64,000 nucleotides of DNA from a virus, in IMG/VR virus record IMGVR_UViG_3300032242_003291, positions 208,285-272,284 of that record; one strand, written 5' to 3'. The position numbers and the translations under genes are program-made. Below are positions 55,664-64,000 of this stretch, one piece after another. Position 1 is the first letter of the stretch, and each line of letters opens with the position of its first letter. The notes beneath the pieces are model-generated. The model was not told where the DNA came from and searched no databases. It saw only the letters and a program-made list of their open reading frames with translations.

Positions 55664-57297
55664 TATAAAAAAATATTATTGAAAAATAATGATTGATTAC
55701 TATCAATAGTTTTATGTGTCCATCTAAGATTTCCTTGTTCATCCCAATATGAATCCGACTTAAGGGTCGTACCATTATTACACTCTTTGGTTAACTTTAC
55801 AGTATCAAATCTTTTGTCTCTTACACAAGATAATACTTGTTGGTCTAATTTCAATAGAACCGAAGTCCACACATCATCTAATTTTTGATTAAACTTACCT
55901 AAACTTTGAACTCTATTAGCACTTACCAATGCTCCACTCATGTTCATCCTGTATTCAATAGTTGCCCTTTCATCACCTTTTTGTACAGAGATAATCAAAG
56001 AACCAGGTTTACCAATATAACCTTTAACACAATTAGATTGGAAATTACTCTCATCATTATAGTTTTTACTACTATCTAACAATGTTGGGTGGTAGACTTC
56101 GAATATTGGTTTAGAAATTTTTTCATACATATATTCGGGATAGTGTCTACTATAAGTTCCCATCTTATAATGTTGTAATTTGTCACTCCAATCCAAATGT
56201 TCTTTTCTAAAATCTTCTTTACTCTCAACTGATTGCCACCTCAAATCACGTTCACCAAACATTTTCAATTCTGTATACATTCTGATATGGTCATGAAATG
56301 TATATGAATCTAAATTTTGATGAATGAAAACTTGTTTGAAAAGAATATATACTCTCCTCAATTCTTCTTTTGAAATGAGTTCAGAAAACAATCGAGGGTA
56401 ATTAATTGAACCTAAAAGTGAGTTAGGTGAGTTTAATATATCTACAATAATATTTTCTTCGTCTTGGTTTAACCAATCATCTCCAAAAAGTTTTCTCGCC
56501 GCTTGATATAATTCAATATTTAATTTATCACATGTATGTAATGCATGTTTAACTTTTTTTCCTGATAACTGATGTTTAATCATAATGGCATCAACTAATT
56601 TGTTACCATTCTTTTTCAGGATTTTTTTAATCTCAGGACCTACTAATTGACTCGGAAATATTTTGAAATTATTTGGGTACTTGTAATTTCTCTTATCAAG
56701 ATAAAATCTGAATAGTCTATCCCCAAAATTTAGTGTTTCGAAATTTTGTCTTTGGTCTATTTGAAACATAAATTCAGAAAACGCAATTGATACTTCATCA
56801 TAAGAATTTTCAGTAAATCTTGTAAGAATGTTTTTAATTTTAGACTTGAGTGATTCAATAGGTTCTAAATAAAAAGCATTTCTCTTAACCGCCTTTACAC
56901 ATTTTTTCTTCCTTTGATATCCACGGATATGACCGCTATACACATCACCAGTTTTAGTATTAACTGAAATATAATCTACATTCTTTTCAACTTTGAACCA
57001 TAGCTTACCTTCCCCTCTATGCCTAAATCCTGTAAATAATTTAATTACAACCTTGTCTTCATTTTTTTCGACAACAATCATCACGTATTCTTTTGAAATG
57101 GAACACAATGGATTGAATAGATTTTCAGTATAACACTCTTCGCCCTCAACATTACCATTATTTATAAACAACGGATGTTTTTCTGTCACATAAAAAATAT
57201 TGTCATCATTATTTAATGGAAATATTTTTGTTTGGTCTTTATACTTGACTGTATTGTATCTCTCAAAATTTTTCTTGTAGATTTCCTCTTTCATCAC
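55663..57297 (-). CDS. Hypothetical large protein.
   Basis: ORF track. Confidence 0.45.
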   Translation of the reverse strand: MMKEEIYKKNFERYNTVKYKDQTKIFPLNNDDNIFYVTEKHPLFINNGNVEGEECYTENLFNPLCSISKEYVMIVVEKNEDKVVIKLFTGFRHRGEGKLWFKVEKNVDYISVNTKTGDVYSGHIRGYQRKKKCVKAVKRNAFYLEPIESLKSKIKNILTRFTENSYDEVSIAFSEFMFQIDQRQNFETLNFGDRLFRFYLDKRNYKYPNNFKIFPSQLVGPEIKKILKKNGNKLVDAIMIKHQLSGKKVKHALHTCDKLNIELYQAARKLFGDDWLNQDEENIIVDILNSPNSLLGSINYPRLFSELISKEELRRVYILFKQVFIHQNLDSYTFHDHIRMYTELKMFGERDLRWQSVESKEDFRKEHLDWSDKLQHYKMGTYSRHYPEYMYEKISKPIFEVYHPTLLDSSKNYNDESNFQSNCVKGYIGKPGSLIISVQKGDERATIEYRMNMSGALVSANRVQSLGKFNQKLDDVWTSVLLKLDQQVLSCVRDKRFDTVKLTKECNNGTTLKSDSYWDEQGNLRWTHKTIDSNQSLFFNNIFL

Positions 57298-57299
57298 TG

Positions 57300-57345
57300 C
57301 AAATATAAGAAAATAAAAAAGGAGAACAAACGTTCTCCTTATATT
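57300..57345 (-). terminator. Intrinsic terminator (ggagaac-gtttg-ttctcc followed by T-run on the minus strand).
   Basis: Downstream of minus gene 57344..57625. Confidence 0.5.
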
Positions 57346-57625
57346 AATTTAGACAAATTAGTCCGTATTTTGTTGTTATGAATATGTCTTTGATTTTCTT
57401 ATCCAAGACAGGGTCTTTACCATTAATCTTAACACAAATCTCCATTAATTGAGTTTGAGTTAAACTAGCTTCTTCTCCTTTATCAAAGTTTTTTGAAGCT
57501 TGTTCACGAATTTTGACATAAAATTCTTCTTCTTTATCTTTAGGTACCAAATTTAATAAATCATTTGGGTTCTCCCTGAAGAATTTTAAGATGTTATTCA
57601 TGTATATGTCAACATCAACACTCAT
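57344..57625 (-). CDS. Hypothetical protein.
   Basis: ORF track. Confidence 0.35.
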   Translation of the reverse strand: MSVDVDIYMNNILKFFRENPNDLLNLVPKDKEEEFYVKIREQASKNFDKGEEASLTQTQLMEICVKINGKDPVLDKKIKDIFITTKYGLICLN

Positions 57626-57642
57626 AGATTAAATTTTTGAGA

Positions 57643-58956
57643 TTACTCTTGAAGGTCCCACATTCCTCCACCCATATCAGTACCTTTTGCTTTGATTGAT
57701 TCAGGAACATTAACATTATTACTTCCTTTTAAGTTTAAGAAGTATAAGTTTGGAATGTCCGCAATACATTCAGGAATTGATTTCAACTTAGGGTTATTAA
57801 TTAACGCTAAGAATCTTAACTTAGGTAATGAACAAATTGCATCTGGTACACTTTCAATACAGTTATCCAAAAGAATCATATGTAAGTTTTTGAATCTTCC
57901 GATTTCCTGTGGAATATTAATAGTGATATCACTCTTGTTATCTCTATTTTGAATTTGGAATTCTTGTAGAGTATCAGGTAAATTACCAATCAAATCATCT
58001 AAACCATAAAGAGCAATGAATTTACCAATTGCACCATGACTGAAACTATCAATTATTAATTTTTCACCACCAACCGTAAGTCCTTTCGCAAATTCAGGTT
58101 TGAATAACTCTTTCAACTCTTTCATTGGACCATTTAAGTATTGAACCAAATCAATCTGATGGTCATGAATATCCATGAATTGATTGGATGGGAAATGGAA
58201 TTGATATCTTTCTTTTGGTAAACCTGATGGGTGAACGTTTGTATCAGTTGGTTTGTAAACCACATATAATGGACCATCCTTAATATATCTATCGAACCAA
58301 TTCAAACCAGGTCCTGAAGTACACCATCTTGTTTCTTGTTGATTACCACCGTAAAAACATGCAGCTTCTTTTCCTAACGCACCTTTATCTTTGATTTCAA
58401 CAACTCTCCACTCATCACCATCATATAAAAGTTTTGAGCCAGGATGAACTGTTGCCGTTTTTCTTTCAGTTTTAGTTGTTGTTGCAAGAGTCAAATCAAA
58501 ATCTTTAACCGCATCAAATAACTGACGAGGAGTTAATTTGTTAATATCTTTTTCACCTTTAATCTTATTCTTGAATCTATCGAATTTTGTAAGGTCCTCA
58601 GTTACTTTATATAAATCCTCCATAAAAAGGTCCTTAACTTGCTTAACCTCTTTCTCATATCCATTATCACCAGGTTGTCTTTCTGTTGTTGGAGTTAAGT
58701 AATTTTTAATTAACCATTGAACATACTTACCCACCTTGATTTTCTCAAGTTCTTTTGGGTCTTTACTATCAGGGTCAACGTTGTTCATTCTTGACGTTGG
58801 GTCAGCCTGAACTAATGCCATGAACTCTTGTTTAGTCAGTTTTGGTTTAGTTTTATTCCCTTTTTTATCCTCACTAGGTTTTGTTAGTGCGTTGTATAAA
58901 ACCTCAAACCTTGACTGTTCTGATATTATTGATTTAAGTATTGACGTAAATTTCAT
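57643..58956 (-). CDS. Virion-protein candidate with a propeptide-like N-terminus (MKFTSILKSIISEQ) and C-terminal leucine-rich repeats.
   Basis: The C-terminal roughly 100 aa contain the LRR pattern LxxLxLxxNxL repeated several times: NLHMILLDNCIESVPDAICSLPKLRFLALINNPKLKSIPECIADIPNLYFLNLKGSN. Confidence 0.5.
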   Translation of the reverse strand: MKFTSILKSIISEQSRFEVLYNALTKPSEDKKGNKTKPKLTKQEFMALVQADPTSRMNNVDPDSKDPKELEKIKVGKYVQWLIKNYLTPTTERQPGDNGYEKEVKQVKDLFMEDLYKVTEDLTKFDRFKNKIKGEKDINKLTPRQLFDAVKDFDLTLATTTKTERKTATVHPGSKLLYDGDEWRVVEIKDKGALGKEAACFYGGNQQETRWCTSGPGLNWFDRYIKDGPLYVVYKPTDTNVHPSGLPKERYQFHFPSNQFMDIHDHQIDLVQYLNGPMKELKELFKPEFAKGLTVGGEKLIIDSFSHGAIGKFIALYGLDDLIGNLPDTLQEFQIQNRDNKSDITINIPQEIGRFKNLHMILLDNCIESVPDAICSLPKLRFLALINNPKLKSIPECIADIPNLYFLNLKGSNNVNVPESIKAKGTDMGGGMWDLQE

Positions 58957-58999
58957 CTAAAAAGATTTAATTATAAATATATTGTGAGAGCAAAAATAA

Positions 59000-59839
59000 C
59001 TAATAATTCAATATCAACAGCTCTTCACCCATATTTTGTTTGGTATTTTTTTTCGCAGAAGCTGCTTTAGCAAATTCTTTACGTTCCCAACGGTATAAAT
59101 CTTCAGGAAACCAATCATGTAATAGCGGAAAATCGTAATATGATAGACTGAATTTACCTTGAATACCTTGAAGGGTATTTGCAAGTCTTTCGTGGTCTTG
59201 TCGGTCAAAATCATGATTAGAATAGTAATTCTCTGTTTTCCAATATGGTGGGTCTAAGTAGATGTATGTTGATTTTGAATCATATTTGTTTATTACATCC
59301 CCAAAATCCATATTCTCAACATCTGTAATCTTCAAAAAATGGTCAATCCAGTTAGGTTTACTTAACTTATCCCTGAAAGAAAGGTATTTGGACCTATATT
59401 TCCCCTTCAAATCTATAAATGAAGATGTCTCAGGCTTACTACCTGAAAACACCTGTGTGAGGACATAAGCGTACTTAGCAGCCACTTCATAATCAGGATA
59501 ATTGATTGTAAATCCAGAGCTGAATAATTCTTGTTGGAATGTATTAAATCTTTCTTTGTGTTCGGGCGGAGTAACATCAACTCCGATTTGTTGTACGGAT
59601 ATTGAATCTAACGCTCTTTGCAGTTCAGATGGATTCTGAACACACTTAAATAGATTATAATTTAATGGGTTAAAGTCATTATAAACAACTTTCTTAAGAT
59701 TTGGGTACTGACTCAAATTCATATTAAAGAAACACCAAAACATCCCTCCGAATGTTTCAACATATGTTTCCATGTCCTGTGGGTAATATGGAACTATCCA
59801 TTTACCAATTTTTGATTTTCCACCGATATAACTTAGCAT
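59000..59839 (-). CDS. dam: Dam-family (D12 class, alpha) N6-adenine DNA methyltransferase.
   Basis: N-terminal YIGGKSKIGKWIV is the AdoMet-binding motif. Motif IV IYLDPPYW lies near the C-terminus. Confidence 0.65.
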   Translation of the reverse strand: MLSYIGGKSKIGKWIVPYYPQDMETYVETFGGMFWCFFNMNLSQYPNLKKVVYNDFNPLNYNLFKCVQNPSELQRALDSISVQQIGVDVTPPEHKERFNTFQQELFSSGFTINYPDYEVAAKYAYVLTQVFSGSKPETSSFIDLKGKYRSKYLSFRDKLSKPNWIDHFLKITDVENMDFGDVINKYDSKSTYIYLDPPYWKTENYYSNHDFDRQDHERLANTLQGIQGKFSLSYYDFPLLHDWFPEDLYRWERKEFAKAASAKKNTKQNMGEELLILNY

Positions 59840-60052
59840 ACTTCAATAATAAAACAAAATGTTGAAAAAGCAAATTTATTGTCGTATTATTTATAAATAA
59901 ATCAATTACTATGTCAGAAGAAAAAGAATGTAAAAAGTGTAAACAAAAAAATACGTCACCTAAACAACTATTGATGGCAATTGGAGGTTTTTATTTATTG
60001 TTTTCATCAATCTATGGAACCATCCAAATCGTTCACAACATCATCAACTTAT

Positions 60053-60979
60053 TTAGATAGGTCTTTCAAACCTTACATTAAGTTTTACATACATATCCCC
60101 ACCATCAAAACCTTTTCCTCTTAGTCTTAGAGGTCTACCTGTGTCAAATATTTTTGGTGCGTCCATGTTCAGGTCACCATCTGGATGTGGAATTAAAAAT
60201 TTATCTTTTTGTATTTCTTCTAAGTTCAATGTTAGTTTATAGATTAAATCGTTATTCATTTTTTCAAACCCATCTTTTTCTATAAGTTCAATCTGAACAA
60301 CTAAGTCTCCATAGTCCCCATTCCTATAATCTCCAAGATTCTGTAATTTCAAGAACTGACCACTATCAACTCCAACAGGAATATTGATTCTGACTTCATT
60401 TGAATTTGGTTTACTTCCTCTACCATCACAATAATAACATTTGTGTATCAAAGTATAACCTCTACCACCGCAAGTCTGACAAGAAGTTCTTATCTGTTGA
60501 ACCATAAATCCAGTACCAAAGGTTTTAACTTGAGCTCCGCTACCACCACAAGTTGAACACAATTGCTGGTCACCACCTGACCCATTACATATATTACAAT
60601 TAATATCCCTTACATAATATAAAGTTTTTTCAACACCTTTATAAGATTCTATTGGTGTTATCTGAAGTTTAATTATTTTATCTGGTGCGGATTTTCTATG
60701 TCTTGGTTGTGCATGTGCCTGTTGGTGCATAGCATTGAATATGTCTTGGAATGGTGTTCCTGCATATGGATTGCTTTTGGATTGATTATATTGAGCTTTC
60801 TTGGTCTTATCACTTAATATATCATAAGCTTCTGCAATCTCCTTAAATTTTTCAGCGCCTTCAGGATTAACATCGGGATGATATTTCTTAGATAGGTTCC
60901 TATAACTTTTTTTTATGTCGTCATCGGACGCATTCTCTTCAACTTCTAAAATTTTGTAGTAATCTTTCATATATGGCAA
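60053..60979 (-). CDS. dnaJ: DnaJ-type co-chaperone: J-domain, four CxxCxGxG zinc-finger repeats, and a C-terminal domain.
   Basis: YYKILEVEENASDDDIKKSYRNLSKKYHPDVNP includes the HPD tripeptide. CNICNGSG...CSTCGGSG...CQTCGGRG...CYYCDGRG. Confidence 0.75.
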   Translation of the reverse strand: MPYMKDYYKILEVEENASDDDIKKSYRNLSKKYHPDVNPEGAEKFKEIAEAYDILSDKTKKAQYNQSKSNPYAGTPFQDIFNAMHQQAHAQPRHRKSAPDKIIKLQITPIESYKGVEKTLYYVRDINCNICNGSGGDQQLCSTCGGSGAQVKTFGTGFMVQQIRTSCQTCGGRGYTLIHKCYYCDGRGSKPNSNEVRINIPVGVDSGQFLKLQNLGDYRNGDYGDLVVQIELIEKDGFEKMNNDLIYKLTLNLEEIQKDKFLIPHPDGDLNMDAPKIFDTGRPLRLRGKGFDGGDMYVKLNVRFERPI

Positions 60980-61611
60980 ACTACTTAGTAGTCTTATTCA
61001 AGGATAAAAAGAGAAAAAGAATAATAAAGAAGTTCATCACACATAAAAAGGCAAAACTTTTTTATGACGGGTTGATAAAAAATTCTAATGAGGTAATCTT
61101 CAATACCGAAGTTGAAAATGGCAAGCCGTGCAAATATGAACTTGGTATCGTTGAAATGAGTTCAAAACAACTTATCCCTGTTTATATGACAGACGAGTTT
61201 GGTCGTTCTATTAAAGTAAAGTTGGAAGAAGATGGTATGACTTTATTCCAAATTGCACCTTACAAAAAAGAAGAAACAATCTACGACGTTGAAAAGAAAA
61301 AGAAAATAACCATCCAACAATTTATTTCAAAATATCTAAAAGGGACGGGTATGAAAATGGTGTCATCATTGAATAATAAAATCATTGTACAAGAAGACGA
61401 GAAGGTATCGTTGTTCACAACAAAATCTGAATCTGAATCTCAACGATTTATTGATTGTATATCAAATTATTTCTTTAAAACCAAAAGAGGTGATTGTTTG
61501 TTTGTAAAAGATAACTCTATACCGCAAAAAAAATACCTTTATGAATTGTTAGAATCAAAAGGTATTTCTAAAAAAATATTATATCGAAAATTTACATCTC
61601 TTCCTCAGTAG
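60973..61611 (+). CDS. Hypothetical protein.
   Basis: ORF track. Confidence 0.4.
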   Translation: MANYLVVLFKDKKRKRIIKKFITHKKAKLFYDGLIKNSNEVIFNTEVENGKPCKYELGIVEMSSKQLIPVYMTDEFGRSIKVKLEEDGMTLFQIAPYKKEETIYDVEKKKKITIQQFISKYLKGTGMKMVSSLNNKIIVQEDEKVSLFTTKSESESQRFIDCISNYFFKTKRGDCLFVKDNSIPQKKYLYELLESKGISKKILYRKFTSLPQ

Positions 61612-61843
61612 ATTTTTTCTTTTTCTCAATTAAAACAAAATGAAACTCAGTTCCTGATATGTCAATTGAAAATTGCTTGTGGTCTCTATCAATTTCTCTA
61701 AAATGATTAATAACACTAGTGTATTCTCCTTTAGGTAATTCAAAAAGTATAGTCGCTTTACCTGAAAAAATTGTTTGTACAGATTCTGCAATAAGGGCAA
61801 GTTTTTCTAACTCCCCAATATCAGTATTTTTATCTTTTTCCAT
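61592..61843 (-). CDS. Hypothetical protein.
   Basis: ORF track. Confidence 0.3.
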   Translation of the reverse strand: MEKDKNTDIGELEKLALIAESVQTIFSGKATILFELPKGEYTSVINHFREIDRDHKQFSIDISGTEFHFVLIEKKKKSTEEEM

Positions 61844-61879
61844 AGACTTAGTTTTTTTGGTTTTGGAAACATTTGTTCC

Positions 61880-62392
61880 TTATTCAACTTCTTTACCTGT
61901 TGGGCGAGTTTGTCTCTTTGTTGCTGTAACTCTCTTTGGTCTTTCCTCTTCTCGCTCTCCAACCATTTCAAAAGTTTCTCGTTCTGACTCGTCTGGCTCA
62001 TGTATATCTAAATTTGTATCTTCTTCAGTTTCAAAATCAAAATATAAGTTCTGAAGTTTATCTAAATCAGTCTTTTCAAATGTTTGTTTTAATTGTTCAA
62101 CTGTTTGTTTGAAAAGTTTCTCTTTTATCTCTTTTTCTTTATTTAATTTAATCAATTTCGCAATTGTGTATAAAGTTGCGTCAATTTTCTCGTCTGAAAT
62201 TTCTGTTACAAAAGATATACCTTTTGTTTCGGTATTTTCAGTTTCAAATCCTACAACTTGATTTTCATCTATTAAACTTTTTGGCATTGACCATTTGGTT
62301 GGAAATTCCATGTCAAAACTTAAATAGTTCTTAAGCTTTCTTATTGAACGAATGTATTCAATAAATGGTGATAATTGTGTATAAAAACTCAT
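61880..62392 (-). CDS. Hypothetical protein.
   Basis: ORF track. Confidence 0.4.
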   Translation of the reverse strand: MSFYTQLSPFIEYIRSIRKLKNYLSFDMEFPTKWSMPKSLIDENQVVGFETENTETKGISFVTEISDEKIDATLYTIAKLIKLNKEKEIKEKLFKQTVEQLKQTFEKTDLDKLQNLYFDFETEEDTNLDIHEPDESERETFEMVGEREEERPKRVTATKRQTRPTGKEVE

Positions 62393-62601
62393 TTTGAAAT
62401 TAAGTATGTGATTATGTAACTTATTGATAATGCTAGGAAAGTGAGTTCCCTGTTACTATAAAATAACGGTTTAGGGTCTTTTTGTAACAGGGCACCTACA
62501 AACTTTGTGACATTTTTCAACGACACTAATATTGTGAATACAAATATAAAAAGGTATATAGTATCAATATTATGCATTATCTTGTGTCTTGTTGTGTTCA
62601 A
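62389..62601 (-). CDS. Small membrane protein.
   Basis: ORF track. Hydrophobic segments. Confidence 0.25.
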   Translation of the reverse strand: MNTTRHKIMHNIDTIYLFIFVFTILVSLKNVTKFVGALLQKDPKPLFYSNRELTFLALSISYIITYLISK

Positions 62602-62752
62602 GGACTTCTCCTCTTAATTGTTGAAGAAGTGCTTTTAACTCTTGAGCAGTTTTTCTAGCTCTTGTACCAGCACTCTTGTTACCTTTGAAGAACTTCGTAG
62701 TATCAACAGAAAGTACCTCCGTCAATTCTTTAATTTTTTCTAATGTTTCCAT
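62570..62752 (-). CDS. Histone H1-like (Hc1-family) small basic DNA-binding protein.
   Basis: FFKGNKSAGTRARKTAQELKALLQQLR resembles the Hc1 core KGNKAAAQRVRT...KLEK. From recollection of the family. Confidence 0.4.
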   Translation of the reverse strand: METLEKIKELTEVLSVDTTKFFKGNKSAGTRARKTAQELKALLQQLRGEVLEHNKTQDNA

Positions 62753-62835
62753 TTTAAGAATATTAAGTTTTGTTTATTGTAATATCAAAAATATTAACTT
62801 TTTTTACCCTGGTGTAAATAGAAATGAGGTTTTTT

Positions 62836-63303
62836 TTATTCTATATTTTTTTCTAACAATTTATAAAGTTCAGTAAGAACATCTAAATCTGATTTGGTAA
62901 AAGGCTTATCAACATCAAAAACGTCGGACAAAAAGTTAGGAATTGCTTCTCTGATATTTTTTTCTGTTGGATTATAAAAAGTATCTAAGTAAAAATCTTT
63001 AAAGTAATCTTTATGTGTCCCTTCCAACTTAATTTCGATATTTTCTTTTTTGAAGGACTCTACGGTTTTTTTCCAACACCATTCAAAATGAGATTCTTTC
63101 TCATCTTCAGACATTGTTATTTTAGTTTCAGTATTGTCATCACCCATGTACGTGTCGGAAACCGTTTGATTAAGTGATTTGAATACGTCACCGTATAGCT
63201 CAATCTTCTCATAATTCATGTTATGAATATTGAACCAAATTACAATATCTTCTTGTGGTACTGGCTTGGACATCCAATTAAAAAAATTCTCCATAGAGTT
63301 CAT
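62836..63303 (-). CDS. Hypothetical protein.
   Basis: ORF track. Confidence 0.4.
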   Translation of the reverse strand: MNSMENFFNWMSKPVPQEDIVIWFNIHNMNYEKIELYGDVFKSLNQTVSDTYMGDDNTETKITMSEDEKESHFEWCWKKTVESFKKENIEIKLEGTHKDYFKDFYLDTFYNPTEKNIREAIPNFLSDVFDVDKPFTKSDLDVLTELYKLLEKNIE

Positions 63304-63342
63304 CTATGGAGAATATAAGTTATTGATTCTAAATGTGAATTT

Positions 63343-63966
63343 TTATTGAGTTTTTCTACTATAAGATATTAAATTTTTCATCTTATTCATTTCTTCATTA
63401 ACAATATTTTGTTTTTTTTCATCTTTAGACTCAGACAATTTATTAAGAACTTTAGTCCCTTTACTTGATTTCAAATTTGCTGTTGCTTTGTCATCACCTG
63501 CATTATCAACTGGTGTTGGGTATCTCTGATAAGACGCTGACTTTTGTTCTTTTCCAAATTCATTGTTTTTGTAGTTCTTCATAAATCTTTCTCCAACTTT
63601 ACTTGGAACTACATTTCCTAAAGCATTTCCTTCTTCATCCATCTCTGCGTTTCCCGTAGTTCTATGACCTTTCAAATACTTTTCGATATTCTTATCGTTA
63701 GGTTTGATTTCATCATAAACAATGTTTGTTTGACCAGGATATGAAAAGTATTCAATATATTCTTCAACTGCATCTGAAGGCATATATTTTTTTACCTTGG
63801 GATTTTTCTCTAAATTGTAATTACTTTCAGGAAAATTATCGGGACTTTCACTATATTCACCTTTACTACCAGCTTTAACGTAATCTTTCATTTTTTTAAC
63901 AACTTCTTTAGCATAGTCGTCGTTTTCTTTTTTAGATGCGTCTTGAGCCTTAACAGTTTTTTTCAA
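63343..63966 (-). CDS. Hypothetical protein.
   Basis: ORF track. Confidence 0.4.
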   Translation of the reverse strand: MKKTVKAQDASKKENDDYAKEVVKKMKDYVKAGSKGEYSESPDNFPESNYNLEKNPKVKKYMPSDAVEEYIEYFSYPGQTNIVYDEIKPNDKNIEKYLKGHRTTGNAEMDEEGNALGNVVPSKVGERFMKNYKNNEFGKEQKSASYQRYPTPVDNAGDDKATANLKSSKGTKVLNKLSESKDEKKQNIVNEEMNKMKNLISYSRKTQ

Positions 63967-64000
63967 ACCTTCAGGTGATTTTTTTGCTATGTTATCTTTC

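Noticed and set aside
1-64000. Interpretation as a eukaryotic giant virus (Mimivirus-like), prompted by the collagen-like repeats, glycosylation genes, AT-richness and tRNA.
   Set aside because: GC-stem plus T-run intrinsic terminators follow most genes. TAnnTTTG (Bacteroidota sigma-A) promoter motifs recur. The Dam and beta-class MTases, the T4-like prohead-cleavage leaders, the S74 fibre chaperone domains, and the holin and lipoprotein glucosaminidase all point to a bacteriophage or prophage.
1-64000. CRISPR arrays, integrases or transposases, and rRNA genes.
   Set aside because: No regularly spaced direct repeats were seen. No recombinase, transposase or rRNA signatures were noticed in any frame.

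Overview
This window reads as a contiguous segment of a large, AT-rich (about 30% GC) tailed bacteriophage or prophage genome. It is densely packed, mostly with minus-strand genes. It does not look like a eukaryotic giant virus, despite the collagen-like genes. Three observations point to a Bacteroidota-type host: (i) GC-stem hairpins followed by T-runs (classic intrinsic terminators) after most genes; (ii) the recurring motif TAnnTTTG, the Bacteroidota sigma-A -7 box, about 20-50 nt upstream of start codons; (iii) a T4-like gene set: a GIY-YIG homing endonuclease, a Dam methylase, thioredoxin and glutaredoxin, a tRNA, and many proteins whose N-termini end in L/I-x-E, the T4 prohead-protease cleavage consensus. 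Recognisable genes are: three consecutive collagen-like (Gly-X-Y) fibre genes with C-terminal intramolecular-chaperone (S74-like) domains; a glycan-modification block with two GT2 glycosyltransferases, UDP-galactopyranose mutase, a NeuD-like hexapeptide acetyltransferase, a BKACE/DUF849 enzyme and a metallophosphoesterase; two sulfotransferase-like paralogs and a separate APS-kinase-like gene; a nucleotide-metabolism cluster with a NUDIX hydrolase, a DUF192 protein, a DHH phosphoesterase, an NMNAT-like nucleotidyltransferase and the APS-kinase-like gene; two DNA methyltransferases; DnaJ; a lysis-like set of holin candidate, glucosaminidase lipoprotein and NlpC/P60 peptidase; an SPFH/band-7 protein; and an Hc1-like histone. 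Non-coding features are a tRNA-Met(CAU) gene; an ORF-free, GC-richer region of about 1 kb with three promoter motifs and a strong terminator (candidate ncRNA); a cluster of perfect DnaA boxes with G-tracts and iteron-like repeats (candidate origin); and a six-gene overlapping tandem paralog array. Several ORF-track starts use non-ATG codons scored as M; likely true ATG starts are given in the evidence fields. Coordinates I derived by hand may be off by 1-2 nt.
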